DNA from: Candidatus Saccharimonadota bacterium | GTDB lineage: Bacteria > Bacteroidota > Bacteroidia > Cytophagales > Amoebophilaceae | Assembly (NCBI RefSeq): GCF_003351905.1 | Contig: NZ_CP022339.1 | Span: 30,001 to 62,000, forward strand | Direction: 5' to 3' | Length of the DNA: 32,000 bases | In this document: piece by piece, positions 1 to 8,921 of the stretch | Position numbering within the stretch: position 1 is the stretch's first letter | How the letters are laid out: each line of letters starts with the position of its first letter | Made by a program: the position numbers and the translations under genes | The notes under the pieces: generated by a model | Seen by the model: only the letters and a program-made list of their open reading frames with translations | Database searches by the model: none | Told to the model about the DNA's origin: nothing

Positions 1-663
1 GGCATCCACTACAAAAAGCGTTGCAGAGGGTTTTAAGTTTTCTTTTAGTATGCGAATCTCTTGCATCATCACCTCATCAATAGCCAAACGACCTGCAGTA
101 TCTACAATCACAAGGTCCATGGCTTTGTTTTTAGCTTCTTGAATGGCATTTTGCGCAATCGTATAGGGATTGGTTTCTGCTGGCTCTGTATAAACACTTA
201 TATTAAGCCCTGCACCTAGTTTTTTAAGTTGTTCAGCTGCTGCAGGTCTGTAGACGTCACAAGCCACTAAGAGGGGTCTTTTATTTTTCTTTTGGTAGTA
301 ATGTGCCAGTTTGCCTGTTAAGGTGGTTTTCCCGGCTCCTTGTAGACCGGCTACTAGTATAACAGCTGGATGACCCGTAAGACGTACTTCACTATGTGTG
401 CCACCCATTAAATCGGTTAAGGCGTCTTGAACCAGTTTTGTAAAGAGCTGACCCGGTGAAACAGATGTAAGCACATTGGTGCCAATGGCTTTTTGTTTAA
501 TCGCATCTGTAACTTGCTTGGCTATCTTGTAATGTACGTCTGCCTGAACCAGACTTCTACGGATTTCTTTTATGGTAGCAGCAATGTTTATTTCTGTAAT
601 GCGACCTTGCCCTTTTAAGGACTTTATTGCTTTTTCTAGGTTTTTGCTAAGGCTCTGAAACAT
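1..663 (-). CDS. ffh: Signal recognition particle protein Ffh, N and G domains; the 3' part of the gene runs off the window start
   Basis: Absent from the ORF track because it is open at the window edge. Minus-strand translation from the ATG at 663-661 gives MFQSLSKNLEKAIKSLKGQGRITEINIAATIKEIRRSLVQA. The same frame has the P-loop ILVAGLQGAGKTTLTGKLAH (about 300-360) and the DTAGR box MDLVIVDTAGRLAIDE (about 70-120), colinear with Ffh. Confidence 0.85.
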   Translation of the reverse strand, partial: MFQSLSKNLEKAIKSLKGQGRITEINIAATIKEIRRSLVQADVHYKIAKQVTDAIKQKAIGTNVLTSVSPGQLFTKLVQDALTDLMGGTHSEVRLTGHPAVILVAGLQGAGKTTLTGKLAHYYQKKNKRPLLVACDVYRPAAAEQLKKLGAGLNISVYTEPAETNPYTIAQNAIQEAKNKAMDLVIVDTAGRLAIDEVMMQEIRILKENLKPSATLFVVDA

Positions 664-692
664 AAGTATATCTAATTTGTCTGCCTGTTGGT

Positions 693-1925
693 TTACGAAA
701 TGGTTTGGTAGTGGAGCGTACTACAATTTTGCTCTTGTAAAATCATTTCAGCACTTGCTTGAATCGCGTCTAAGTCAACTTGCCTAATATACTCAATTTT
801 CTTATTTACCAAGTTGGTGTCGCCCTGTAGGGTAGCTATTGCTAATTCTTGTGCACGATGTATCAGGCTTACTTGACCAAAGATTAGTTGTGCTTCCATC
901 TGATTTTTTACCTTTTCTAATGCAACAGGGGTGGTATGCTGAATGGTTTTTAATACTTTTATTAAAGCGTTTTCTGCTAATTCGAATGGAATGTTTTGGG
1001 GTAAACTACCACTAAGTACCAATAGACCAGGGTCGAATGACTCTGTGGTATAGCCATCTATTTTGGTGTAAAGGGCTTGTTTTTCTACCAGGTTGGCATG
1101 TAGCAAAGCGGACTTTCCTTCGCTGAGTAAGTGGCATACTACTTCTGCTGCATAGTAGCCAGGCATGCCTTTTCCTGGCATATGGTAGGCTTTATACAAA
1201 ATAGGAAAGGGGACATCCCCCTGAACTACTTTTCGTCTAGGGAATACTTGCTCAGGTTCTTGCGGTAAAGCTCTATGGTAAGCAGGGCCAGCTGGAATGG
1301 GTTCAAACCATTTTTTACACAATGCAGCTACTTGTGTGCTGGTTACCTTACCCGCAACTACTAAAATCGCATGGTTGGGTCTATAGAATTTGTAAAAAAA
1401 GGCTTTGACCTCATCCATAGTAGCATTTTCTATGTGGCTTACTGATTGACCAATGGTGGGCCATTTGTAAGGATGGGTCGTATAGGCTAGATCGGTCAAA
1501 TGGTGCCATGCATCACCATAGGGTTGGTTGAGGTAATGTTCTTTAAACTCTTCCACTACTACCTTGCGTTGTACTTCAAGTGATTTTTCGTTAAATGCAA
1601 GCCCAAGCATGCGATCGGATTCAAGCCAAAAAGCTGTTTCTAGGTTAACAGCAGGTAGGGAACAATAATAATTGGTTAAGTCTGTAGTCGTATAGGCATT
1701 GTTGTCACCGCCTACTTGTTGTAAAGGGGTATCGTAAACAGGAATATGACAGGAGCCGCCAAACATTAAATGTTCAAATAGGTGGGCAAAACCTGTTTTT
1801 AAAGGGTGTTCATCTCGGGCACCTACATCATACATTAGGTTCATTACCGCAATGTGGCTGGTTGGATCTTCGTGCACAATAACTTGTAGGCCATTAGATA
1901 AAGTAAATTTTTCAAAATGAATCAT
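693..1925 (-). CDS. M16 (pitrilysin/insulinase) family zinc peptidase
   Basis: Inverted zinc motif HxxEH (HLFEHLMFGG) lies near the N-terminus. The ATG at 1925 (MIHFEKFTL) is preferred over the TTG at 1952 used by the track. The gene sits 4 nt downstream of dapF and upstream of ffh on the same strand. Confidence 0.8.
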   Translation of the reverse strand: MIHFEKFTLSNGLQVIVHEDPTSHIAVMNLMYDVGARDEHPLKTGFAHLFEHLMFGGSCHIPVYDTPLQQVGGDNNAYTTTDLTNYYCSLPAVNLETAFWLESDRMLGLAFNEKSLEVQRKVVVEEFKEHYLNQPYGDAWHHLTDLAYTTHPYKWPTIGQSVSHIENATMDEVKAFFYKFYRPNHAILVVAGKVTSTQVAALCKKWFEPIPAGPAYHRALPQEPEQVFPRRKVVQGDVPFPILYKAYHMPGKGMPGYYAAEVVCHLLSEGKSALLHANLVEKQALYTKIDGYTTESFDPGLLVLSGSLPQNIPFELAENALIKVLKTIQHTTPVALEKVKNQMEAQLIFGQVSLIHRAQELAIATLQGDTNLVNKKIEYIRQVDLDAIQASAEMILQEQNCSTLHYQTIS

Positions 1926-1956
1926 TGTAGGTATAGGGTCAAATAAAAACAAATTG

Positions 1957-2778
1957 TTATAGCGTATTCCATTCGGTAAGGGGGGTGGTTACATGCACCA
2001 TGCCATGAAAAGACTGATAGACACGCCCAACCAATTGAATATGGCTAAAACAGCCATCAGATAATCGCCTAAAGGTTACTTGCAGTTTGCCACCTTTAGT
2101 GCGTACGGTTATGGGGCTGTTTAATCCATGATAAGCACTGGTAACCAGTGCACTAGCAACAACCCCTGTGCCACAAGATAAGGGTTCTGTTTCCAATCCA
2201 CACTCACATGTGCGGACTACAATCGTATCTTTTTCAACTAGTTGTACAAAATTAAGATTAATGCCTTCTTTTTCAAATGGGTGCATATTTCTCCTTGGAA
2301 AACCAACTACTTGCATATTGACCTCCTGAATCGCATCTACCATCTCTACATAATGGCGTGTACCATTGTCTAGGAAATAGCCGTTCTCTAGTGGTTGGAT
2401 GACAGCTATATCCTGTAAGGTTAAGTGAACCAGGTCATTAGCTATATAACCTGTGTGTAAGCCATCTATAGCCATAAAGTGGGCTTTTTGATCTATGATG
2501 CCTAGTTGCTGTGCATAGTGAATCGCTGATCGGCTGCCATTTCCACACAGTCCACCCCCTTGGCTGCCGTCTGCATTGTAGTGCAATAGGGAAAAATCGC
2601 AACCTGCTTTTTGTTCAATGGTAATGATGCCATCTGCACCAATACCAAATTGTCGATGGCATAGCTGTTGGGTTACAATAGGGTCATATGTATAATGCTG
2701 ATCTTCTAAATTATTTATGATAATAAAATCATTTCCAGCAGCTTGGTATTTGGCAAATTTAAGTTGTATGGAGACCAT
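1957..2778 (-). CDS. dapF: Diaminopimelate epimerase
   Basis: 273 aa. It has the N-terminal AGNDFIII motif and both catalytic cysteine motifs (CGNGSR and SCGTG). Confidence 0.85.
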   Translation of the reverse strand: MVSIQLKFAKYQAAGNDFIIINNLEDQHYTYDPIVTQQLCHRQFGIGADGIITIEQKAGCDFSLLHYNADGSQGGGLCGNGSRSAIHYAQQLGIIDQKAHFMAIDGLHTGYIANDLVHLTLQDIAVIQPLENGYFLDNGTRHYVEMVDAIQEVNMQVVGFPRRNMHPFEKEGINLNFVQLVEKDTIVVRTCECGLETEPLSCGTGVVASALVTSAYHGLNSPITVRTKGGKLQVTFRRLSDGCFSHIQLVGRVYQSFHGMVHVTTPLTEWNTL

Positions 2779-3161
2779 TTACATGGGTTAAAACAGGTAT
2801 ACAAAAGCCTTTCCAGATCAATATTCTAATCTGTACTAATATAATACATTTACCCCTAAGAATGAATATCAATCATTTATAGCTAGCCCCTGGTTGTGCA
2901 GGAATATCCAACTTATGGAGTAAAAAACTATGAAATGTAGATATTTTTTTTAAAATATAAGGCGCTTATAGTCTTTCTTTTTGCTTGATAAAAAGTAATC
3001 CTTGTGAAAAAATTATTATTATGTTTAATAATCAATACAATTAACTCCTTAAGTGTCATGCACTTTAACGTACAGGATGCGCAGGGGTAATCTGTCTATT
3101 ATTTTGAGGCTATTTAGATAAGCATAGTAGCGTGGTGATGCATCTTTGGTCAGATGGATAG

Positions 3162-3181
3162 ATGATGCACTTGTGCATCAT
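3162..3181. promoter_or_regulatory. 20-bp palindrome (9-bp perfect arms, 2-nt centre), candidate operator upstream of the membrane protein gene
   Basis: ATGATGCAC-TT-GTGCATCAT lies about 50 bp upstream of the 3233 start. A related TGATGCATC is at 3136-3144. Confidence 0.3.
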
Positions 3182-3232
3182 AATCTTTGACTGTGTTGTA
3201 AAAAATGCTTATCATGGTCTGCATTTTCAGAT

Positions 3233-5320
3233 TTGCTTTATAGTTTTTATATTATATTGTTTATGTTATCATTCCAAGCTTTATTTCTTACCCTTATAGT
3301 CGTCTCTTTTTTCTTATTGCGCGCTTCTTATGCACGTGAAAAGCTCATCAAGCTTAAGCCGAGTAATGCTGTAATTGGCTATACCGGTTGTTATGTGATC
3401 ATCACTACTGCGGTATTAAGCTATATAGGTAAGGGTTTGATCTATTGGTATACCCTCCAATTCGCTGCAGGTGTTTGGCTGATAGGTTATGCCATTGTTT
3501 CTAAGAAAGAAGTGCCAGCTTGGGAAGTGACGCGATTTTGGCTAATAGGTGCTCTATTTTGCCTACCCATTAATTTACTTTGGCATTGGTGGCGTCTAAC
3601 CGATTATCCATTTTTATTAAAATTATCTCTAGCGCATTGCTCTGTAATCCTATCTGCCTTTCCCTGGCCTTTAGGGATGGCTATTTTAGCAGTTATGTTG
3701 TGGGCCATTATATATGTCTTTTATTCTGTGGATCATGTGATCGAATTGACGGATGATATGATTGCTCTACTTGGGTTTAGCATATTGATTTTTACCATGA
3801 TTATTTACGTTAAAGTCCAAATAGCTGATTACCGAGCCCACAATCGTCACTTAAAGCATAAAGCTAAGTTGAAACGAGCGCAAGATTATACATTCAAGCT
3901 AAAGCAAATTAGGCGTCATCTACATCTTAATGCTACGGAGGATTATTCAGAAAGGGATATGACTTTTTTGCAGAAAGTAGTGGAAGAAGTGATGGAATCC
4001 CCTTTGTTTTTAGAAGATGAGCCCCTGTATAAGGAGAATTTGGGTACTATTGTGCATAAGTTTTCTGCATGGTCTATCTTTTTAAGACATTATACTCAAT
4101 CTAAAATACATTTACCATTGCTACCCACTGAAATAGTTCTAGGTGCATTATTCCAGGAAGTAGAAGTGGCTTTAAGCGGCTCAAGCGACGCTGCGCCAAA
4201 GCTGATCATAGCACCAAAAAATCTTGATTTGACTACTAAGGTCATATGTGATGTGCGCCAGGTTACCCATTTATTGGTAGCTGTTATTTTGCGTACTGCT
4301 CACGTAAGTCAAGGTGCATCTATACGCATTCAACTCCATACCACGCAGTTAAAATATCATAAATATGCCCCTATTAAGAAACAACGTTTCCCCGACATTA
4401 CCTTTCCAGCCATAGCTTTAGTAGTGAGCAGTGCGGAGGTACCATTGGCCACACTACCTTCAGTGCATACGCATTATGAGGATATTACAGAGGGAAGAGA
4501 ACTCATAGGCACACTTAATGAGGTTATTTCAGAAAGTGTAAATGTGCAAAAGCAGCCCATAGAAAGGATGGTGCGGGCCCATTATGGTTATCTCCAATTT
4601 CCTGCTTCTAAACAAAAGGCTATCTTATTGGTTTTGCCTTGCCAGGTAACCGCCGTTCGCGATGAGATGCTCGCCAATATAACGGTTGCAAATAGGCTTA
4701 TCAACAGAAGTGAAATAGATGCTTCCATGGTAGTATTAAGAAAATTTAATGATTATGTATGCAAAATGTGTAATATCCATATAGGTGTGCTGGATGAAAT
4801 ATTTCTATTGCTCAGGCGTTGCTATGCCTTTAAGCGTCATCTGTCGGGCGAATTGTTCTATGTTCGTGCGGTAGGTATTGCACGTTTGGTAACAGATTGG
4901 GTAGCTTATGTACCTGAACCCATCTATGCTGCTTTGTTGTATGATTTAGTAGTCTATGCCGACTTGCCGCTTTCATATATTAAGGCGAATTATAGCCTAG
5001 ATATTTTTTCTTTTGTACAATCTATTGTATCTATAGGTGACCGTCGAGACATAGAGCCATCTGGCCTCTATGTCGATAATCAGCGGAATAAGGTGGTGAA
5101 CAGAGATCAGCTTTTTGTGCTTTGTATTAAATTGGCTGAGCGGCTGTATGACTTACGACATGCTTATGGTTATGCCCATAAGTTACAGGTGTCCGATATG
5201 GCCAAAGAGACGCTTACAGTAGATATTTGCTTGGCAAAGAAATATTTGGATGGCGACATAGTAGAGCTCTTGGAAACGGCCGCCCAAGAGGCATTGCAGA
5301 TGTGCTTTGAAAAAGGATGA
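3233..5320 (+). CDS. Multi-pass membrane protein with a degenerate histidine-kinase-like ATPase region and a degenerate C-terminal RelA/SpoT-type HD domain (predicted pseudo-hydrolase)
   Basis: The N-terminal ~200 aa carry several hydrophobic segments. The middle region (about 4220-4640) has an HATPase_c-like pattern, VICDVRQVTHLLVAVILRTAHVSQGASIRIQLH ... YGYLQF ... ILLVLP, without the N-box Asn. The C-terminal ~170 aa align with the SpoT-HD protein at 22696-23334: AALLYDLVVYADL vs AALLHDVVEDTTV, IKLAERLYDLRHA vs IKLADRLHNLRTIA, MAKETLTVDICLAKKYL vs IAKDTMEFYIPWSKKNNV. The start may be the TTG at 3233 or the ATG at 3263. Confidence 0.6.
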   Translation: MLYSFYIILFMLSFQALFLTLIVVSFFLLRASYAREKLIKLKPSNAVIGYTGCYVIITTAVLSYIGKGLIYWYTLQFAAGVWLIGYAIVSKKEVPAWEVTRFWLIGALFCLPINLLWHWWRLTDYPFLLKLSLAHCSVILSAFPWPLGMAILAVMLWAIIYVFYSVDHVIELTDDMIALLGFSILIFTMIIYVKVQIADYRAHNRHLKHKAKLKRAQDYTFKLKQIRRHLHLNATEDYSERDMTFLQKVVEEVMESPLFLEDEPLYKENLGTIVHKFSAWSIFLRHYTQSKIHLPLLPTEIVLGALFQEVEVALSGSSDAAPKLIIAPKNLDLTTKVICDVRQVTHLLVAVILRTAHVSQGASIRIQLHTTQLKYHKYAPIKKQRFPDITFPAIALVVSSAEVPLATLPSVHTHYEDITEGRELIGTLNEVISESVNVQKQPIERMVRAHYGYLQFPASKQKAILLVLPCQVTAVRDEMLANITVANRLINRSEIDASMVVLRKFNDYVCKMCNIHIGVLDEIFLLLRRCYAFKRHLSGELFYVRAVGIARLVTDWVAYVPEPIYAALLYDLVVYADLPLSYIKANYSLDIFSFVQSIVSIGDRRDIEPSGLYVDNQRNKVVNRDQLFVLCIKLAERLYDLRHAYGYAHKLQVSDMAKETLTVDICLAKKYLDGDIVELLETAAQEALQMCFEKG

Positions 5321-5540
5321 AGAGGCGGTAACCAAGTGAAAAGTAAGACCAAAAATACCTATTTTCGTCTCTCTATTCACGACATTGGTTTTGGTAAGGC
5401 AATTTTATTTTTACTTTCTTTCTTATAAAAAAATAAGCAAAAAATCAATCCATCGGCAAAAAGTCGCTGAGGTTATCATCTGACAGATGGAAAAAGAGTG
5501 ACTTGAACGTACGACGACAGATACGTTTCCGTGCCTACCA

Positions 5541-5975
5541 TTAAATGTTTATAATTTCTTTTAACTGGTTTAGATAAAAACATTCTTTTTCTCTCATAAT
5601 CAATCGTTCTTCTGGTTTATGATCATTATAGGCCAAGAGGTGTAATAGACCATGTACGATTACTGTATAGAGTTCTTCTATCATTTTTCGGTTATATATC
5701 TTTGCATTCTCACGGACCCGTTCAATGCTTATATAGATATCCCCCCAGATGGTTGTGGGCTTCGTGGCGTATGGAAAGGTAATCACATCTGTTAACGTAT
5801 CATGACCTAAATAGGTTAAGTTTTTAGCATGCAAATAGTGATCCGTACAAAAAATAAAGTTAAGCTGTTCTAGTGTATATCCTTCTTGCTGGATAACCTT
5901 TTGTAGCCAAGTAGAAATTTTTCTTTTTTGTTTTAATCTAAAGTTAATTTTTTCTGAGAAATAATAAATATTCAT
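5541..5975 (-). CDS. ybeY: Endoribonuclease YbeY (rRNA maturation factor)
   Basis: 144 aa with the zinc-binding signature HGLLHLLAYNDH (HGxLHLxGYDH). Confidence 0.85.
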   Translation of the reverse strand: MNIYYFSEKINFRLKQKRKISTWLQKVIQQEGYTLEQLNFIFCTDHYLHAKNLTYLGHDTLTDVITFPYATKPTTIWGDIYISIERVRENAKIYNRKMIEELYTVIVHGLLHLLAYNDHKPEERLIMREKECFYLNQLKEIINI

Positions 5976-6077
5976 TTTGATCTTATTATCTTGTCATACC
6001 AAGCGGTTCGGTAAATCTTTTGCATCTCACCTATTTGGCCGTAAATTACGGCTTATTCTGTTAAATATAGATACCAT

Positions 6078-7700
6078 ATGTCTACCCAAGATCTGTTGAT
6101 ACCTATTGTCTCTCAATCCAGTCATTGGCCCATTACTCTACTTCATAAACAGCATAAAGCTTTTTTGCGGGAAGTAGTGGATAAAAGCTTTAAATCTTTG
6201 TGTGCACGCCATTCTACAGATGCAGCGCTTTACCGGGTATTGGAACAGACTACTTCTAGGGAATTGGCAAGAATAGCATCAGATCCATGGGCCTGTGATC
6301 CTAAAGATGACCGACGCTTTTGGGAGGCCATGTCCGATTCTATTGCCAGTAAAGTGGCAGCCACTAAGTTATTACAACAGGTTATAGAACGTTACGTAAA
6401 GGAGATTTGTAGTTACTTTAGTGTGCGCCACTATAGGTTTATAGCTACAATGACCCACCATACCTTTATTAATCTACTCAAGCCTGCTTGTTTTGGCTCC
6501 GGAGTAGAACGTTGGACTTTTCGCTACCAAAGGTTACAAGAAAAGTTTCATTTGATGGGTCAAACAGATATGCTTCGTGCATTGGCCCAAATCGGCACGC
6601 TTGTTCTAGTTCCTACACATACCAGTAATTGGGATTCTGTGGTAGTAGGATTGGCTATGAAACAATTAGGCTTGCCTCCTTTGACCTGGGGTGCCGGCTT
6701 GAATTTGTTTAATCATAAAGGGTTTCGTTATATTTTTAATAAGCTAGGCACCTATAAGGTAGATCGTCGTAAAAAGATGATACCCTACTTACAAGTACAG
6801 AAAGATTATGCCTGCCTGATACTGGAATGGGGCTGCCATATGCTATTTTATCCAGGTGGGACCCGTAGCCGCTCAGGTGCCTTAGAGTCCGATTTGAAAT
6901 TAGGCTTCTTGGGTACCCCGTTTGATGCACAGGCAAATAACTTTCACAACCACGGGCCTGGTGCGAAGAAACTTTTTATTGTACCCATAGTACTCAACTA
7001 CCATTGTGTTTTAGAGGCCTATCAATTGATACGTGAATCAGTTCAAGTAGAAGGTTCCGGGGCTGTTCTGGCGCAGCAAGGTTGTTGTTATACGAACCTT
7101 TTATTCAGCAAAAATATATTGTTTAAAGGCTCAGAAATATTTATTAGTATAGGTAGCCCTTTAGATGTTATGGGGAATAGGGTAGACAAGGAGGGCCGTA
7201 GTTATGATGCACAAGGTCAAGTCATAGATTTATATCAACAGTTTCTTGATCTTCCTATACAAACAGTTACTAGGAAACGTTCAGATGACTATGTACGAGC
7301 CCTTAGTCATAAAATTGTAGCAGCCTATCATCGTATAAATCCCGTATTAAGCAGCCATCTAGTAGCCTTTGTAGCCTATGAGTTGGCACAAAAAAGAGCG
7401 AGTTTTTCAATGGGTTTGAGGGATATCATCATTCCCCATGCTGATTTTATGGTAGCGTTTGCGCATACCTATAAAGCGTTACAACAGCTTTATATAGCGA
7501 AAAAAATAGATTTTAGCCCGATTGTACGGGATGGCTCGTTGGATGCGATTGCCCAAGATGGATGGACTAAATTAGGGAGCTATCATGCCCAGGCTCCATT
7601 AGTGGTAATGGAAGGTGGCGATTTGCTGATTCAAGATCTTTTGACATTATATTATTACCATAATAGACTAACTGGCTATGGCTTCGAAGCAATTGAATAA
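6078..7700 (+). CDS. PlsB-like glycerol-3-phosphate / lysophospholipid acyltransferase family protein
   Basis: Acyltransferase motif I is VPTHTSNWDSVV (HX4D), motif III is FYPGGTRSRSG, and IVPIVLNYH follows. The motif order matches PlsB-type GPATs. gpsA starts 1 nt after the stop. Confidence 0.7.
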   Translation: MSTQDLLIPIVSQSSHWPITLLHKQHKAFLREVVDKSFKSLCARHSTDAALYRVLEQTTSRELARIASDPWACDPKDDRRFWEAMSDSIASKVAATKLLQQVIERYVKEICSYFSVRHYRFIATMTHHTFINLLKPACFGSGVERWTFRYQRLQEKFHLMGQTDMLRALAQIGTLVLVPTHTSNWDSVVVGLAMKQLGLPPLTWGAGLNLFNHKGFRYIFNKLGTYKVDRRKKMIPYLQVQKDYACLILEWGCHMLFYPGGTRSRSGALESDLKLGFLGTPFDAQANNFHNHGPGAKKLFIVPIVLNYHCVLEAYQLIRESVQVEGSGAVLAQQGCCYTNLLFSKNILFKGSEIFISIGSPLDVMGNRVDKEGRSYDAQGQVIDLYQQFLDLPIQTVTRKRSDDYVRALSHKIVAAYHRINPVLSSHLVAFVAYELAQKRASFSMGLRDIIIPHADFMVAFAHTYKALQQLYIAKKIDFSPIVRDGSLDAIAQDGWTKLGSYHAQAPLVVMEGGDLLIQDLLTLYYYHNRLTGYGFEAIE

Positions 7701-7701
7701 A

Positions 7702-8682
7702 ATGGTAGCGGTTTTAGGAGCTGGCAAGTTTGGCACTGCCATTGCCAATATAGTGGCACCTAATGCGCATCGTGTATTTTTATATACGCATAAATCGGAA
7801 CAGGCTTTTGCTGCGCAAAGCAGTCGCAGTGTTGCGGATCAGCTACTCGCAGCTAATGTGGTCGTTACGAATGATTGGGTAATGGTCTTGCGCACCTGTT
7901 CTGTTATTTTTCCAGTAGTACCTGCTGCTAAATTTCGTGGATTGATGCGACAGATCGCTGCAGCGCTTAGACCAGACCATATCCTGATACATGGCACCAA
8001 AGGATTGGATTTTTCTCAAGATGGTCGATTGCCTAACCATCATGGGGTTACTATGAGTGGCGTAATGCTGGAAGAGACGGTGGTAAAACAGGTTGGTTGT
8101 TTAGCTGGTCCTAATTTGTCCGCGGAGTTGGCGCAAAAGTATCCTGCTGTTACCGTCATTGCCAGTGCTAGTCAAAAGGTGTTAACGGTAGGTGCACAAC
8201 TTTTAACCAATGATTGGTTTTATGTCTACCTGGCTCCTGATTTGCTCAGTGTGGAAGTATGTAGTGTGTTAAAAAATATTTTTGCCATTGGTGCTGGTAT
8301 CATAGGAGGCATGGGTTATCCATCTAATACCTATGCTTTTTTCATAACCATGGCCATCTCAGAAATGCGTTACATCATGACCACAATGCGCATCAGCAAA
8401 AGTGCCTTATTAGGGCCAGCAGGTCTAGGAGATTTAATCGCCACTTGTGGCAGCACGGCTAGTAGAAATTATACCATTGGTTATCGGTTGGCTAAAGGTG
8501 AAACATTAGCCGATATCTTACGTACAACCAATGAGGTTGCCGAAGGGGTGCAGACGGTTAAAGCCATGCACCAACTGATGCAGTCTTATGGGAAACAGGC
8601 ACCTATAACAGCAGCCATTTATCGCATGCTTTTTGAGGAACTGCCCGTGCAGCAAGGGTTTAATGATTGGTTGGGTGGCTGA
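7702..8682 (+). CDS. gpsA: NAD(P)H-dependent glycerol-3-phosphate dehydrogenase
   Basis: Rossmann motif VAVLGAGKFGTAIA, plus GPNLSAELA and KNIFAIGAGI. The ATG at 7702 (MVAVLGAG) is preferred over the overlapping 7678 start. Confidence 0.85.
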   Translation: MVAVLGAGKFGTAIANIVAPNAHRVFLYTHKSEQAFAAQSSRSVADQLLAANVVVTNDWVMVLRTCSVIFPVVPAAKFRGLMRQIAAALRPDHILIHGTKGLDFSQDGRLPNHHGVTMSGVMLEETVVKQVGCLAGPNLSAELAQKYPAVTVIASASQKVLTVGAQLLTNDWFYVYLAPDLLSVEVCSVLKNIFAIGAGIIGGMGYPSNTYAFFITMAISEMRYIMTTMRISKSALLGPAGLGDLIATCGSTASRNYTIGYRLAKGETLADILRTTNEVAEGVQTVKAMHQLMQSYGKQAPITAAIYRMLFEELPVQQGFNDWLGG

Positions 8683-8787
8683 AGAGAGAAGCGTAAGGTA
8701 TGCGCACACCTTTTTCCTTGTTATTTGCTTGAGAAACTTGTTTTTTCTATTTTTGTAGGGGAGGTAATATTTTTCTCTTGCTATCCT

Positions 8788-8869
8788 ACGGATGTGGCGG
8801 AATAGGTAGACGCGCTAGACTTAGGATCTAGTACCGCAAGGTGTGGGGGTTCGAGTCCCTTCATCCGTA
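8788..8869 (+). tRNA. tRNA-Leu, anticodon UAG
   Basis: Hand-folded cloverleaf. The acceptor stem is ACGGATG/CATCCGT and the D region is GCGGAATAGGTAGACGC, as in type II tRNA-Leu. The anticodon stem CTAGA/TCTAG carries the loop CT-TAG-GA. There is a long variable arm TACCGCAAGGTGT and a T arm GGGGG-TTCGAGT-CCCTT. CCA is not encoded. Confidence 0.85.
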
Positions 8870-8921
8870 CTGTATATATATGTTAAAACATTCGTTTTTT
8901 AGCTTTTAAATCTCTTGTACC

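Noticed and set aside
5170-5380. Two 60-65-aa minus-strand ORFs overlapping the end of the 695-aa gene
   Set aside because: They overlap a longer gene with recognisable homology and have no features of their own.
5461-5540. tRNA-like T-loop string GACTTGAACG near the ybeY 3' end
   Set aside because: I could not fold a T stem, acceptor stem or anticodon arm around it on either strand.
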